This document shows positions 1-16,198 of a DNA stretch of 64,000 bases, piece by piece. A model generated the notes under the pieces. That model did not search any database. It saw only the letters and a program-made list of their open reading frames with translations, and was not told the DNA's origin. The position numbers were made by a program, and so were the translations under genes. Numbering within the stretch: the first letter of the stretch is position 1; every line of letters starts with the position of its first letter. Source of the stretch: Auanema rhodensis (Eukaryota; Animalia; Nematoda); NCBI GenBank assembly GCA_964057225.1, contig OZ059897.1, forward strand, positions 15,004,001 to 15,068,000, written 5' to 3'.

Positions 1-59
1 ACTATTTTACTCAGCTGCCTAGTTAATTAATGTTTCAAAAGTAGAAACTAACAAGCACA

Positions 60-2083
60 TTAAAGTAATTCGTACAAGAATGGACTGTCTATTACTGCAG
101 CGCCAACAGCAACTCCACCCTAAATGCATAATTATTTGATATTTTCTAATAATATACTATATAATATAAAACCTCATTCATCTTTTCCCCCTTTGTTCGA
201 AGAAGGTGTCCCCCCGTAGCAGTTTCCGGTTTGCCCAACGTCCCCAAGGCATAACCATATATTCCCAATTCACTGACTACGTCAGACACGGCAACAGGCT
301 CCTTGGCGCGCACAAGATAGTTCTGAATTTGAAAGATAACACACGCCATACTACGCCGCACAGTACTTGCACAGTCAAAGGTCTAATTCTTTCCATTAAT
401 ATGTAAGCTCCTCTTTCATCTGAGGTCATTTTCTCAAGCATTTCTGATATCTCATTGCCGTAGTAGTTTCCTCCCCCACCTTCAAGTTGAGGTTTCAGAA
501 CAAATCTATCTGGATGGGCAATAGCACCCTAGAACCAACTTTTGATTATTTTTCTAACAGATTTGGCTTGCCTTGATAATGTTTCTCGTATTTGGATCAT
601 TGTCATCTAAGGCCCACAGTCCAGCAAAAGTATCTCTAATAGCCGAAGCATCTCTAGGATTACCAATATATCGTTCCAGTACGCCATCTTCAGCCAAAAC
701 CTGCAGTTGTATGTAATAAAAATAATCTGGTTCTTAATTCATGCCTGTTGTGTCTTCTTGGTATTGGCAACTTGCAAACCGATCCAAGGAGCTTTGATCG
801 CATCAGATCTTTCGATTATAAGACGAGCGTTCCACTCTTAAAATAAAAAGAAATATAAAATATACTAAGTTATTTGAAATGATTATAATTATACCATTGT
901 CGGTAGGATAATTGTCTGGAGAATACCCTGCACGGAAGTAGACAACAGATACTCGAGAGCCTTTGAAGAGAAGTTGTCGCTCGTCAGATAATGTTAAACT
1001 GAATTTTTGTTGAAGAGAACACAAATAAATACAAATATATGTTCTTACGTATTATTCAGTTCAGTTAATGTTTGTCTTACGACATTGCCTACAGGTACAC
1101 CCATATTTTCCAAAGCATATTCTACATGACGTTGATCGATTTGATTCTGATTTGTATCCTCAACGACAACCAAAATAATAGCATTGGGTTCAGCAACTTT
1201 CGTCCTTGAAGAAGCTACATGTAACAAAGGAAATAAAGAAGAACAAACCAAGCTTTGAATAATGCGTTAGCAATCATTTCTACTGGTTTGTTTTGGGGAA
1301 TAGCTTTTTCAACAAAATCTTTATCATAGCCCAAATCCAAAAGTGTCCTACGATGAAGTTCAGTAACCTGTGTTAATCTATATCATAAAAGTGCTCATAT
1401 CATAAACTCACTCTTTCAGCATGAGCTCCCATACTTGAAGCAATATTATTGACTTCAATCTACAAATATATGAATGTAATACGATAAAGTTCTTTCGCAT
1501 ACTTGTTTCAAGCAATATTCAGAAGTAAATAGATCCTTATGTACCATATAATCAGAACGTTGAATTGCCAAAGTTGTCGTCTGAGCAAGTCCTAAGTGAT
1601 TCAATCCAATTACAATTTTATCAGGGCATTATACTACCTTCTTCGTGAACAGTTTTGAAAATTTCCATCATACGACGAATGAATGGATCGGTCTTAACCA
1701 CGTCATCATGACATTTACTTAAGAATTTGAAATCGTAAGCGATCTCATGGTATAAGCTTGCCATTAACTGTAAACTTATAATATAGCGAGCAAGACTAAA
1801 TGTAACTCAAACATTTTGAACATCAACAGCTTGCTGGAATAATACTCTTGGAAATGGACTTGGCAATAGCGCAATAGGAGCAGTTTGACAATGTGCACTA
1901 CTATCTTTATCTTGAAGAAGACGCATAACTAAACCATGAGCCTAAAAACATATAATTACGAATTATAGGAAAAAATCGAATTACATGAGCCCAATCGTGT
2001 GCATCCTGTACTAAATGAGCTTCAGTGTCTTCAGGTAAAGGAAGGCGCGGAAAATCGGCGAAAAGTACGTTATTCTCTACCAT
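60..2083 (-). CDS. gss-1: Glutathione synthetase (eukaryotic type), multi-exon
   Basis: The spliced translation contains [78 protein letters not shown] and [14 protein letters not shown], all hallmark GSS motifs. It needs two GC-AG introns (529-571, 701-744). Confidence 0.95.
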
Positions 2084-2406
2084 TCTCAGAATCTGGAAAA
2101 AAAATATTTAAGTAAGAAAAAAAAGCATGTGCAAAGAAAAGAAAGACAATATAGAATAAACTGGGCGTTCATTAATCAAATACCAACAAACAACGATAAG
2201 AGATAGATAATGAGAATGAAGAGAACTAAATTCATTGTATATATTATAATCAATTTTATTCAAACGTTTATTCGGTGAAATAGAAACGTAAGTGAAACCG
2301 AGGAAGAACTGAGTAATATCTGAGCATTTGCAGAATAAAACAAGATAAGACATTTAAAATTGAAAGAGATCAAAAGAGGACATGTAAAGTTATTTAAAGT
2401 TATTGA

Positions 2407-4351
2407 TTATTCATTTTCTTCTGAATCTATATCCACAGTAGATCTTCTATTTCGTGCCATTCTTTGATATTTCTTGGAAATTTGCTTGGCAATAATGGAA
2501 CGACGCCCCCTTTCAAAATTTCTCATACCGGGGACCTTTTTCATAAGCGTTTCTGGACACATCTTCACAGAAGGTGAAATAGGCTGCGTTTTATCTTTAA
2601 ATAAAATGTATCTATTTCTCATCTTGGTCCAGAAATAATATATTTACATTTTCTACGAGTAGTTATTGAACTTGTTTGAAGAACTTCAGATGCAGGTTTC
2701 TCAATGGAAATATCTTTTTTAATTTCCAACGTATTGTTTTTAGGTGATTTTTTGATTGGCGACACACAATTTTTTATAGCATCCAATACTGGGGAAACAA
2801 CAGGCAATCTGTTCGACCTGCAATATAACTCAAAAGTTCATAATATTTCTCATATTAAATACCTTTTAACTGCAGGAGTAGTTCCCTTTTTTCTTACAAG
2901 TGTTGCCGGTTTGGAAGATGGAGAACCAGCTAGAGGGATAACACGTTTTCTACGGATAGAAGGTGTAGCAGGACCAGTGGTCGAAATATTGTGTTTTTTG
3001 GTTGATTTTTCTTCTGATTTTTTCTTCTTATTTTCTGTATAAATATTATTAAATACATTTATGCATTCCATTCTTCTATAATAACCTGGGGTTATAGATT
3101 TCACTTCAGAAACCCTCTTCCTGCTAGAGGCAGAAGCCAGGGCTTTTTTCGTTACAGAAAATAACTTTTGAAAATCGACTTGAGCAACATATGAAGTTTT
3201 GCGTGCCATATCAAAGAAGGCAATTACGGCATCGATAGAAGAAGGATAATCCTGAAATATACTTTTTGTTTTTAAACAATTTATATTGATATTGATACCG
3301 CCAGAATTGATTTAACATTTTTGGAAACATCTTTAAGAAAAGATTGTTTCTTTTCAAAAACTTTAGCAGGGTTGGCTTCAAACTCTAGCCATGGCAGACT
3401 TCCCGTTAACCAGTAAATTATATTATAAGCCAAAATTTCAATATCTCCACGGAACGATGGATGATTTCCCATATGAGCATCACATGATGTAAAAATGGCT
3501 GTTCCATTATGAGCTAAAGTTATATTTTATATAGATAATCTTGTTATATTAAAGTTGCCTCTTTTCTTATCCGGTTTATCGATATTATTAGCTGAAAATC
3601 GTGCAAGACCATAATCCACCAGAACTATACTAGTCTTATTTCTTGATTACACATTAACAAAATACCTGCAGTGGAGTAATCATTTTTATTCTCCAAGAGA
3701 ATATTAGCAGCTTTAATATCCGCGTGTGTATATTGCTAAAATACAGAAGAAATATACATTTCCGAATAGTCGCTCATTCAAAAACCTTTTCATGGACATA
3801 TTCCAAGCTTTGTAAAATACAATGAGTTACTTCCCACGTTTCCTTAGAGTTTAGCAATTTCTTCTTTTCTCTCAAAGCTTCCAGAGATGTGGCATATTGA
3901 GGAATAATCATGAATCGTAACTTTTCCGATTTATAGTTTAAAATTCCTCCCGAAATTAGGTAAGGTAAACCAATCCATGACATTTCTGAACATAACACCG
4001 TTCATATGTGTTTATGTAATATCCTTACGTTTATCTTTTTTAAACGTCTCAATCATTTCTTTTCTCAAAATTCGCTGAAATACATTTACTTCGGTAAAAA
4101 GTGGGCCGTTTCCTGATGGCTCAACTTTCACCACCAAATCATTGCTTGTGTTCTCCTTAATAAACTAATAGCAAAACAACTTTTATTTGGTGTTCTACCT
4201 CTTTACATGTATAAATTCGGCCAAACCCTCCGGTTGCGAATTGCTTCCCGAGTATATAATCCTTTTTTTTTGAAGGATCATTGATCTTTGTTCCCTCAGG
4301 TAATAAAACTGCCAATTCATGCAGCTTCTTCTTGGCTGCTTTTGGAGGCAT
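2407..4351 (-). CDS. vrk-1: Vaccinia-related Ser/Thr kinase
   Basis: MPPKAAKKKLHELA start, GKQFATGGFGRIY, EPSGNGPLFTE, YTHADIKAANILL, DYG, AHNGTAIFTSCDAH and RGDIEILAYN (CK1/VRK family). Long basic C-terminal tail. Confidence 0.93.
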
Positions 4352-4842
4352 GCTGAAAAGAAGTGGATGATGCTTGAAGAAAGCTGTTAAAAACCAAAAA
4401 AGATAACTGAAACATAGCAGAAACCATTGCTAAACATATCAAAAATTTGAATAAATTTTATCAGATCTCTATAAATATGAGGAATGGAGAGAGACACGTC
4501 AGAAGACCGATTAACAAGTCTACAAATTTTATAAATACAAAATGATTGTACATGAACAAAGTAAGCAAAGTTCTAACATAGAATCTGAGAAAAAGAAAAC
4601 ATCACAAACAACGAAAACCAATTAAGATCGAAGTTTTCTAAATGTATTTTGGTTATTATAAAAAAGCCTAGGCAATAACATTAAGAATCTATCCTGTATC
4701 TCGACTCTACCGGGAACATGCTACATTAACAAACTTTTTTTTACATTTTTGTTTTGATTAATACCAAATTAAAAAAAAATATATATGATACAGAAAGTGA
4801 GTATAAATCTGGCATTTTGGTAGGAATAGATAATGTATAAAC

Positions 4843-7414
4843 CTATCTTGAAATTCACAGGGAAAAAAATCATTAATCAATTTTCGTGATTAACACTTAC
4901 ATACGCCTTTTGTCTTCTTGGAACTGGAGGGGGGCGAGGGGGGGAAACGGGATCTTCTTCATAACTTCCACCTAATTGAGACTGGAAATATTATTAAATA
5001 ATTAGTGATACAGATATTAAAATCATACCTTGATTAAATTTGTTACATACAAATCAACTGATTTGTATAGGAAAGTATATTGTTCCAACATTTGTACCAT
5101 TGAAGATCTCTGTTTCCGCAAAATTTTAAGAGTGGCAGGAATATCAATAGGACAGGTCAGTCCTAAATATGAATTGAACGCGTGAATATGCAAACTATAT
5201 ATGCACATACCTTTAGTTCTTATTTGATTCAAAAGAACATCAATCATGATAAAAGTTCCAGTTCTACCTATTCCGGCACTGAATACTACTCAATAGGAAT
5301 TAAATTATAAAATACAACAAACCTGCAGTGTACCACTATGGGACCCTGAGGTTCTTTAATTGAATTATAAACGTTGTCTACTTCATCCAAAAATTGTAGC
5401 ACAGGTTCAGGATGATCAGGCCTACCATGATCAGGCCATCCAACGAATTGAAGATGATGTACAGTTCGGGGTGGGCAACCTTTCAATAGATACCAAATTT
5501 TTAAAAATAAAAATAAAGAATAAAACCTTCTTTGTGAAATTTGAATACACGTTTAACAAATGCCTCATCATCCTTGTCGCTATCTCGTTTTAGTACTTCT
5601 TCCACTAAAAATCAAATTCATGAAAGGATATAACGGATAAATGTACCTGTGTTGCAATAGAATCCTCTATAATTCTTCTCTTCTCCAAGATTTGGCCAAT
5701 ATCGGTGACATTTGCTCTCAAATACGAGGAATAGGAAAAAATGTTATTCGGAAACTAACTTTTCCATGTTCATTTTCTTTTGTTGTCATTACGATGACTC
5801 TGACGTTCTCTTGCCAAATCATTCTCCAGAAATCGACAACCTATAATTGTCAAAACATTCAAATCATATTCGTGATCTGCTCACAGTGCTTTCAAAGCAT
5901 CCTTGAGTGGATATATATTCCCGTACATTATCCAAGCGAAGTCTTTCATTATTGGGAAACTAAAAAACAAAGACACTAATCATATCAGCTTAATATTAGA
6001 AAACCCTGATATAGCTAGCATTAATATAGTCATTATCGCATGGATCTTTCGGATTAGCCTCCACTTGCAGAACGACTCTTAAATATCAACGTATATGTTT
6101 ATTAAACTCAATCTATTCGAAAACCTCGTTTGGTCGAAAGGAACAATATTTCTATAACGATTTTTTGGAATGTTTTGTTCTTTCTTGCCAATTCTACAAG
6201 AGAGTAATTGATCATCATCTTGTGGAATTCTCTGCAATGATAATATGACGTGAATTACCAAAAATCATAAAAGGAAATACTCAAGAAAATGAAATATTGG
6301 AAAAAAACCTCAAACTCTTCAGCGAATCCGTTTTTCTTCGTTTGTGGATCATATTCAGCAAGAAGACGGATTCTTTCACTGATAGCATCGGCAGGAACAC
6401 ACGTTGATGGAATAAGCTAAATTTTCATAGATAAAATACATTAATCCCGAATTTATGTTACTGTTATGAGATGAACAACGCGTAATGTTTCCTGTTCAAC
6501 CATTGGACTAAGGTTGTAGTGTGCAAGTAGTTCTCTAACAGAAGAGAATTCATCACCACCTCCTACGTTATACATCCCGCTCTGAATATGTAATAATTAT
6601 ACTATGACAAACTGCATAACACAAGGATAAATCATGTGATATTTCAACAGTAATCTAATGAAAAAACTTTTTACTCAATAGAAGCTTAAACAGACTTGTG
6701 TGTTTTTCTCAATAAGAATGTGCACAGTTGAATGCGTAGTCTTAACAGTTATAACATAAGAACCCGGTGCTCGTTGACTATCTCTGTAAATCTTTTGATC
6801 ACGACACATTTTGAAGCAGTGCGCAACCTAACAAGAAAAGTCCATTGCTTTTCTTTGGCAAGAAGATGTTCGGCTTCTACCCCAGTTAAATTAACATGAA
6901 ACCACCTTTCAGCAGTAGGTGCCCGCACCTCATGTGCGGCCGGCTCACTGATAGGTATAGTTACCGGCCTCCTAAAAAAAAATATATATATATATAAACA
7001 AACATTGAAATTGATATTATACTTTAAAACTATTATAGAGCCATTAGTTTCTTGAAGTTGATCAGGATTATCTATGTAATGCTGCACAAGGGAAGGTAGA
7101 GAATCGAAAGTATCCCCCCCGTGCAATCCCAGGAATCGTCCCAAGTTATAAGAAACTTTTACATGAGTTATGGAAGTGCCACGTCTAAAAACAGCAGAAA
7201 TCAGCAGATAACAATGTAATTTAACAAACTTTATAGACAGAGTATAATTGGTAGGTTGGGACTCACTAGGCCTAGCAAGAAATTCGCCATCCTTACCATA
7301 CTTGTTTAGTAGTCTTTCGGCTTCTTCTCCAGTGACATTATAGAAGAAATTACAACTTCTCATGGAGCTATAAACTAATGATATAATGAACAAATAAAAA
7401 AGAAACTACCTCAT
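4843..7414 (-). CDS. ptp-2: SH2-domain protein tyrosine phosphatase (SHP2/corkscrew orthologue)
   Basis: Two SH2 domains (FLARPSES; [15 protein letters not shown]), [43 protein letters not shown] and QRSSMVQ. Pro-rich tail. The last codons are uncertain. Confidence 0.93.
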
Positions 7415-8939
7415 GTTTTCTAGTTTCCAGACCAAGAAGAAAATATCATTCCAAAACCTGTAAGTTTGAGATGATGAGTATCAATGACAATTTTTTTGAT
7501 ACATTATTTGAAAACAAAGAAATATAAAAAATTAGCATGATTTCAAACTCTATACTCTAAATATTTGATACACCAACAAAAATAAAGATCAAGGTGGAAA
7601 CCGGTACCTGAGAGAGAGATACAACTAATAACTAATTAAAATGAATGAACAGAGAAAAAGAACATAGTGTAAGTGTAAAAGGGTTAAAAAGGTTAGTTTT
7701 TGATAATCGAGAACATATATATGATAAGAATTGACAAAACTACAAGAACTTTTATGAATTATATGCAAGTTAAATTGGAAACAGAACCTGCGACATCAAG
7801 CACATGACCACACGAAGATTTTCACAAGTTTAAAACTTAAAGTAACCAAATATCGTAAATATATGATTCTGTTTACTGAAGTTATTCAAGATTGATAATG
7901 AAGAAGAAATATATCTATAATGCCTTTTCATACATTACGTACAATACGCAGAAAAGATAAATCTACACAAAAGACTTAATTTTTATGATAAGCAATAAAA
8001 CGTTTCGTGAATTTCAATTTATATATATTTTTCCTACGCACGAGCTCATTGCAGGCTTCGTCTTATGTAATATACTAGATAATATGAGAAATAATAGTAG
8101 AATTAACTTAGCTATAATAGTGAATAGCTGTTCTTTATCGACATGCTTTTATCTATATAATCATCCATAAAGATCTCATCTTTTCATTTTAGTCATCACT
8201 ATTTTACTCACACTCACGATATACTCTACACTTCACATAAAAATCGTCAGGCCAGAAGTTGTAATAAGTGGGTTGAAAAGCTTGATATATAGAATATATA
8301 AAGTTATTCAATCATAAAAAACAAATGTTGAAATGAGCAATATTTGAAATAAAATAGCGGTATCATTCAAATCAAGCAATAATAAAAGTATTACCCATGT
8401 GTAGCTCATTAAAAGAATATCTATTTAAAAATTCATGACTCATATCTAAAATGAATTTTAAGGGCAACGTATAAAAATTAAAAATCACTGCTGAAAAGAA
8501 TGAAACCAAAACAGATTTTGGAAAATTCTGAATTAAAGCTGCTTGCAAAGGCAAAAATTTGAATTAAGCAAGAAGGGTTATCTTTCTCCCATGTTCCTTT
8601 GTTCTTCAAACCATATCCCTTAGTTAGCCATGATAAATGCACGACTAACTTGATATTTAAAGAATATTTCAGGAAAATATATTTCTAACCATTAATTTTT
8701 TATTACTACTTTATTTGAAAGAAATATACAGTTTGAAATCAAAATTATGTTAAAAAAAGGCATCCTTAGCAGCAGCGCATTGTTTTATCCATGGTCCAAG
8801 AGAAATAGGATTTCATTGTTGTTCAAAGATCCCATTTTTTTCAATCAAGATTTATGTAAAAGGACGGTTATAATTGAGTTATAACAAATAATTCATTTCA
8901 AAAAACAGAATTACTTCAACCTAATTCATTTATTTATCT

Positions 8940-9757
<818 letters not shown>

Positions 9758-10095
9758 TCTACAACACCATATTATAAAAGTACTTTCTTGGCTTAAAGCA
9801 TCGTGATAAGTAAGGGTGACTCAGGAAAAAGTCATAAATATAAGACAACATTTAAAGTATCTAAACTATTTATTATAAAGCTTTTCACAGAGAAGATATT
9901 ATCGATATGAACATAAAACAAGCAAGACCCGATGATACAAACTGTTAAACAACTGTAGCAACTATTCTCAAGAACAACGAAAGCAGAACAGAAAAATTCC
10001 TGAAATCAAAGAAGGCAATTTTTTTGAAGGGAAGCGTTAATACACCCACGTGTCGTGGCAAGAAATGAGTAAACATGATAAACAAAAGATTGAAT

Positions 10096-11824
10096 CTATG
10101 AAGATTTTATACGGCCTCCCCAGTGCAATCTGAAGCGTCCATGACGCCATCTAATGTCGGGATTTAATAATGCCCTGAAAAAATTGAAAGGGCCAAGACT
10201 CTCCCTGAGAAACCAGGCTTTAAAGAAAAATCCAAAAGAGCACTGAAGTGGACCATTCTAAAAAGAAACAATATATTTAGAATCAATTAACTAGCTATAC
10301 CTGAAGGATATGAATTAAAGTATAATCACTACAAAACCAGAGTAAGCAGTGAATAACAAAGAAAGGTACTGGGTTTATGGATATTAAATGTGATAATGAT
10401 AGTGCAGCAACTAGTCCGGAGGCAAAGCAATCCTAAAATAAACTTATATATAAAGTTTGGAGAAAATAAGTATTTACCTGAATAGGTTCAACAAAAATTA
10501 TATGGGGAAGCATAGCTATACGCAATTTCATCCATCTACAAATTCGTTCGTGAAATCTTGATAAAGTGAGGTTTGCTGTGTTTTGAAGTGCCGGGTGTGT
10601 AGAAATAGCAGCTTTCCAATTCCTGAGTAAGATATAAGCTGATAAGGTGAACTATAATTGAACATTACCTCTTGCTAAGCTCTAGTCCAAAAAAGAAATC
10701 TTCAGCTAGATAATCGCCAAACGCCTAAAGTTGAAAAAATTCAAAACAAACTCGTTTCCTTATTTACCTGAATCCCCCCACACTCTTCTAGAGCACACTT
10801 TCTTAACAAGGAAGACATCCCTGTTGAGCAAACAAAACCTAGACAATTTCCAGCTAAGTATATACGTCCATGGCTAGTACCGAAATAAATCTGAAACAAG
10901 TTCAATATATCTGATTTCATAAAAAAACAGCACTTGTTCCACAGCACTTGCAAATTCAGGCCTATCTTTACAATATGGGGTTTGAGTAACAATGGCTAGA
11001 CGATCTCTAGACATCATTGTATTAATCATATCCATTAGTGCATCCGATTTCATCAAAATACCTGAAAAAATAATTTAGGAAACATTTGAAAGATGTTATG
11101 TTATACCACTGTCACTTATTAAAATAAAAGGATACCGGGAAGCTCGATAAGCAGGCATCATATTGTTAATCTTGGGGTTTAAACCAACATTTTCTCCGCC
11201 TTCAAAATAATAAGTTAGCAGTAGGTAATCATGTAGGTAGCTATAATATTGCTTACCGTAAAATATTCGAGCAGATATGCTAGGATAACGAAGCATTAGT
11301 TTTTTGACTAGTCCTACAGCTTCATCATCACGATCATGAACACAAAAAAGAATTTCATACTGTATAATAGATAGTAAAGTAAGAAATTAGCTTATGCAAA
11401 CATACTGTTGGATAATTCATAGTAAAGAATGTTTCTAAGTTTGTTTCTAAATAAGCATCTACTCCAACAAGAGGTTTGATAATGGTAACACCAGGTGCAT
11501 CTGGATTATATTTAACTTTTCGGTTAAGTCTGTATTTTCTGAAAACGTGAATTTTATTGAAATTCAAATAATGATAGTACACTAACCCATACAAAAGAGC
11601 TATCACGTGAAGTAGATAAAGACCTATTGTAAAAGCTAAACCAAACACAGCTAATCCTGTAGGTAAAACCTTGGATAAGACTGAACTACATCTAATAAAA
11701 AGAATATTTAAAAGAATAGCGCACAAATAATTTACTTGAAATCTATGGTTGATTCCTTCATCCACAACTGGATGAGCACAGATAGATCAGCCAGAAGCCC
11801 GCCGTTGCTTAACGATGCCAGGGC
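10096..11824 (-). CDS. cgt-3: Ceramide glucosyltransferase (GT21); 5' end uncertain
   Basis: [38 protein letters not shown] and RICRWMKLR. The cgt-3 symbol rests on remembered synteny with vps-35, frh-1 and ptp-2. Confidence 0.88.
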
Positions 11825-12586
11825 TATAAAACAGTAAAAATGATATAATAAGGAGCACTGATTATATACTTATATGAATCAACGCATAGTTAAAATGATA
11901 AGATATAATATCACACTACAATATTGTCCAGAGATGACTAATCAGTAATAATTTTCTTTATAAAAGTTAAAAATGAAAAAATTAATTTAAAAATTCAGTA
12001 TAAAAATTTGTTGAATGATGAAGCAGAAATGTAATCAGTGTCAGTACTTTTATATGCTGTGTAAATAAAATATACAAAGGGAAAAAATACGTCAAACAGG
12101 TGAAGAAGAATGCTCGAGTGAATATGTTTATATGCAAAAGTAGGATTATGGTGCCATACTAGGTTACCAAGTAACCTAGCGACGATATTCTATGCTATAT
12201 CTGATATATGCTCTACTATCATTAAGACTAATGAAAAATGCAGAGTGAATAAGAAAGATATGAAGACCATCATACAAGGGCAGACCATAGTTTCAAAGTG
12301 CTTCAAAACTGAATTAAAAGAAAAAGATACGGTAAAATGAAGAGAGGATGTGACTTGAAAGACAAATACACTGAAAGCAAAATAATGCATAAACCATAAT
12401 TGTGGTCGGCCGATAAGAATCGCGCGATGTGTGATAACGTACAGCAATCAAATATTGGCTAAAACCATATATAAAGAGTTTTGCAAACTATGGATAAAAC
12501 TCTGTATTAGCATAAAAAATGTACAATCACAGATTATTAACACCAGGCAAAATGGTAAAAAATGAATAAATTATACAAGGAATGAA

Positions 12587-15500
12587 TTAGATCTTCAAAG
12601 CTTCGGCAAGAGAAGGTTTCAGGCTTTCATCAGTTTTTATGCAATACAAAATTGAAGCAAAATGCTTCTCTAATGCGTCCGCATCAGCAGAGACATCCAG
12701 CTGTACGGAATTCTCTTTAGTTCTTTGTACGAGCTCGGCGATATATTGCTCCGAAATCTGCAAGGATCATGAGGATTAGCGGGATCAAAGAGATATGCAT
12801 ATAACCAACCTCTTCACAGTTTTCTCTAAAGTAGAACAAATAGGTATCTAAGATATGGATTAGCAGCTGTTGTTGTACTAATGGTTCCATACATTGTGTC
12901 GAGATCTAGAACAAAAATTGATACAGATAAATTATTAATTGAAACCAACCTTTACCGCCTTTTTAAGTATATCGGCAACTTTAGCTCCATTTCTCATAGG
13001 CTCTTCATAATCTGTTTTACCTGACCAGAAGAGAATTGAGGCAGAGCACATAGCGCGTACTTGATCTGGCTGGAATAAAATGACAAATAAAACCAATTCA
13101 ATGACTAATTTGTCGACCTTTTTGAAAAGACGAGATGCAGCTAAATAGACTTGAGTAGCAAGGGCCAACATATTTTCCTGTGGTAAACAAGATATTTCTA
13201 ACAGCGAGCCTGTAATCAAGCTGATGCATCGAATTCTGTCACGAGAATCAGCTATATCATCTTCTAGGATAGACAAAGCCTGAATTCAAAGTAATTATGT
13301 ATTTGAACATGTATCGTCAGCCTACTTTAGATAAGAATTCGTATGCAACAGTAAAGTTCTCTGGGAATTTAGCTCTATCAGCAACAATTGCACCCTGAAC
13401 ATAGTTTTGATAAGAAAAGGTAACTTGGTAGTATAATACAAACCTCTAAATATAGTTTTAAAGGCAACTCGGATAACTCAGCTGTATGCATTAAAGCTCC
13501 AATGGTTCCCATTGCACAAATGAAAATCTTTTTAACTTTGGCTTCCCATTGCTCCTAGAAACGGTGGAACATGATATCAGTTAAAATTACTAGATATACC
13601 TGTTGTTCGTTTTCAGTAGCATACTGTAAGATTAACTTGAAAAGAGCAAAAACAATAGGAGGTAGAGTGGACTTGATTCTTTGTTTACCACCAGTGCCCA
13701 TGATTTTTCTTGTTGTATTCAAAAGCTACAGATATCATTATTATAAAATGAAAAATTACAATAATTTACCAAGAATTGTTCATCCAGTGTTTTTCCACGA
13801 ATTTGGTGAATTAGGCGAGCTACCAGATGTTGTTCATCTTCAAAATCTTCGGATGACTATAGAAATTCAAAAGTATTAGAATATATAAAATTTGAAAACC
13901 TCAGCTTCAGAAGGCTGATCATTCTGGTCAACAATCAAAGCGTCTAAAAGACGACAGACAGTCTGTAGTTCATCTTCAGTTTGAATAATAGTATCGTTAT
14001 CAAGAATATTCTAAAGAAAAAAAACAAGATATGATGATATAAGATTAGGATAAACCTGAACAATGTAAGAAGCAGTGACACAACGCCCTCTGTAATCGAA
14101 TATATCCATGAGAGATTGGAAATCAGCCAATTTCGCGACTTCCAAAGCATCTTTGTATTCATCTATTGGAATATAGAGCAACTTAGACAATTCTCTGCCC
14201 ATTGTTCCAAATGCTTTGATTCTAAAGTAAAAATATCTCTTTCTCATACCATGTTTTAAGATCATACGATGTGATATTCTTTTCTTCCAAAATAGCCCGA
14301 AGACCGGAGAGTGTTACACTGGGGTAATCCAAATTGCTTCTATAGCATTTAATAGCAAGACTGATTAATGAAGCCTAGAAAGTGCTTGATAGACCTAATA
14401 TCCTGTAAACAAACAATACTTACGTGTAGAGAAATTATGTTTTCCATTGCCATAGTAGGACGTGTTCGAATAAGTTCTTTTGCTTGTTCAGAGAAAATAT
14501 CAAACAAAGAAACCTTAATAATAGAAGCATTTTGAAAAGTAATTTGTATATATTTGAATATTAGCTGAATATTTGCTATAATATCTATTTTATGTCAATA
14601 AATCGTTGAATTTGTATTTCGTATTATATCCTCAACACAGGAATAAAATGATTTAATCAAACGCTTCGATTGACTCATTGAGCAAAATCATATATATTCT
14701 TTGATCATTTCAAAATAGTTTGAATATAAGTTTTAAATTATTAGCAAATAATATCTATAATTACTAACCTGTTCAGTTACGCCATGACCCTCTGGAGTTG
14801 CAGCAAACAAAGCTAGCCGTTCGATTAAAGCAATAAGTACATTTTTAACATTCACATCCTAAAACTTTAATTTATGAACAACATTTAATTTTTAATTTTA
14901 CGGGAGATAGTTCTCCACAGGCATTGAGGAAATCGCGGAGTGTAGCTAGATGAAACTCATCAGCAAATACTTGAATAACACACTCCATTAAATATTCCTA
15001 CAAAAATGAATAATAAAAATGATGATCATCAGTGAACAAAACCTGCGAAATAAAATCTTTACATGAAACAACTTGTTCCAAAATGCTTGGCAGTACTTCC
15101 TCTACATACAATGCATCCGTCAAATTCTCCAATTGAGATAGTCTTACAAGATTAGTCCCAACAAGAATTCTGATAAGGCTTTTTTTCTGAAATTCTCGAA
15201 AAAACACGTTACCTCAATTCCATTCTTTCCCGTTCTCGTTTTTCTCGCTCTCTTGAAGGTCCCTGATGTTGCATACGAACCCAAAGCTTATTCATTTCAG
15301 CAAAGTTCAACAAAATAAATTGAATGGCATCTCTTACCTAAAATGATATCAAATAAAAATAAAATAGAAATTAAGAAATACAGTTCCATGCTCACTGCTA
15401 CTCCAAGAGGTTTCCACAAAATCGCTGGTAGGTGCTTCATTATTCTGCTCCAAACTAATTCGTTTTGCACTAAAAATTGAAACAATGATTTTCAAAATAG

Positions 15501-16198
15501 AAAAAAATATACATACGCATTCTCTTCTGTTTCAGCAACATCAGGCAGTAATGTACGTGTGGATTGTAATAAATAATTTCTAAAAAACAAATACAAAAAA
15601 TAATAAATTAAATTAATCAAACCGCAAAAAGAGTCCTCTCAGTGGGTGTTGTACTCCCCTACACATCTCAACAATATCTGCTAAAATCTCTCGTCGGGAA
15701 CCTTCCCCGCACTTAATATATACAACACCAATAGTGATTAGCAAGTACCTAACAATATCAAAAATAATATACATTTGCAACTTTACCACTTGCATTCGAG
15801 GTACGATAGACATCGCATACTGTACATATTCATACAAATTTAAAACACCGGCTTTATCTCGCTCATACTCATCCACTAAAAATGATTCAAGATGTTGCAG
15901 TTCATCTACTGCATCCATATCTGAATGGACAAGGTAAACAAAGAATTAAAACTCTAATACTAACAAAGCTTATAATAAAACTTAGGTGAGAGTTCATTTG
16001 TTTTTAGCTCGCTTAAGAAAGTTACAGCATGTTTTAGTGCATCCATGATTCGATTCTTAATAGAACATTTACATAGTTAATAAAATAATTTACAACCTTA
16101 TCTAGACATCTTTTCATTTCAAAGGCTTCAGTTTTAACAACACGAGCAGCTTGCTCAAGAAGTTTTTCTTGTTCACCAGCATTTTCATCGACCCTCAT
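12587..16198 (-). CDS. vps-35: Retromer subunit VPS35
   Basis: [63 protein letters not shown] and [16 protein letters not shown]. One GC-AG intron (15749-15793). Confidence 0.96.

Noticed and set aside
2704-3042. Antisense and intron-read-through ORFs in the ORF track (e.g. 2704-3042, 5641-5979, 13571-13879, 18196-18483, 32632-33000)
   Set aside because: They are opposite-strand shadows of real exons or exon-plus-intron read-throughs, with no independent motifs.
10202-10215. lin-4/miR-125-like seed TCCCTGAGA (lin-4 lies near this cluster in C. elegans, from memory)
   Set aside because: The match stops after 9 nt, lies antisense within a cgt coding exon, and has no hairpin.
12159-12179. Short inverted repeat CTAGGTTAC-CAA-GTAACCTAG
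   Set aside because: A single 9-bp stem is not enough to call a feature.
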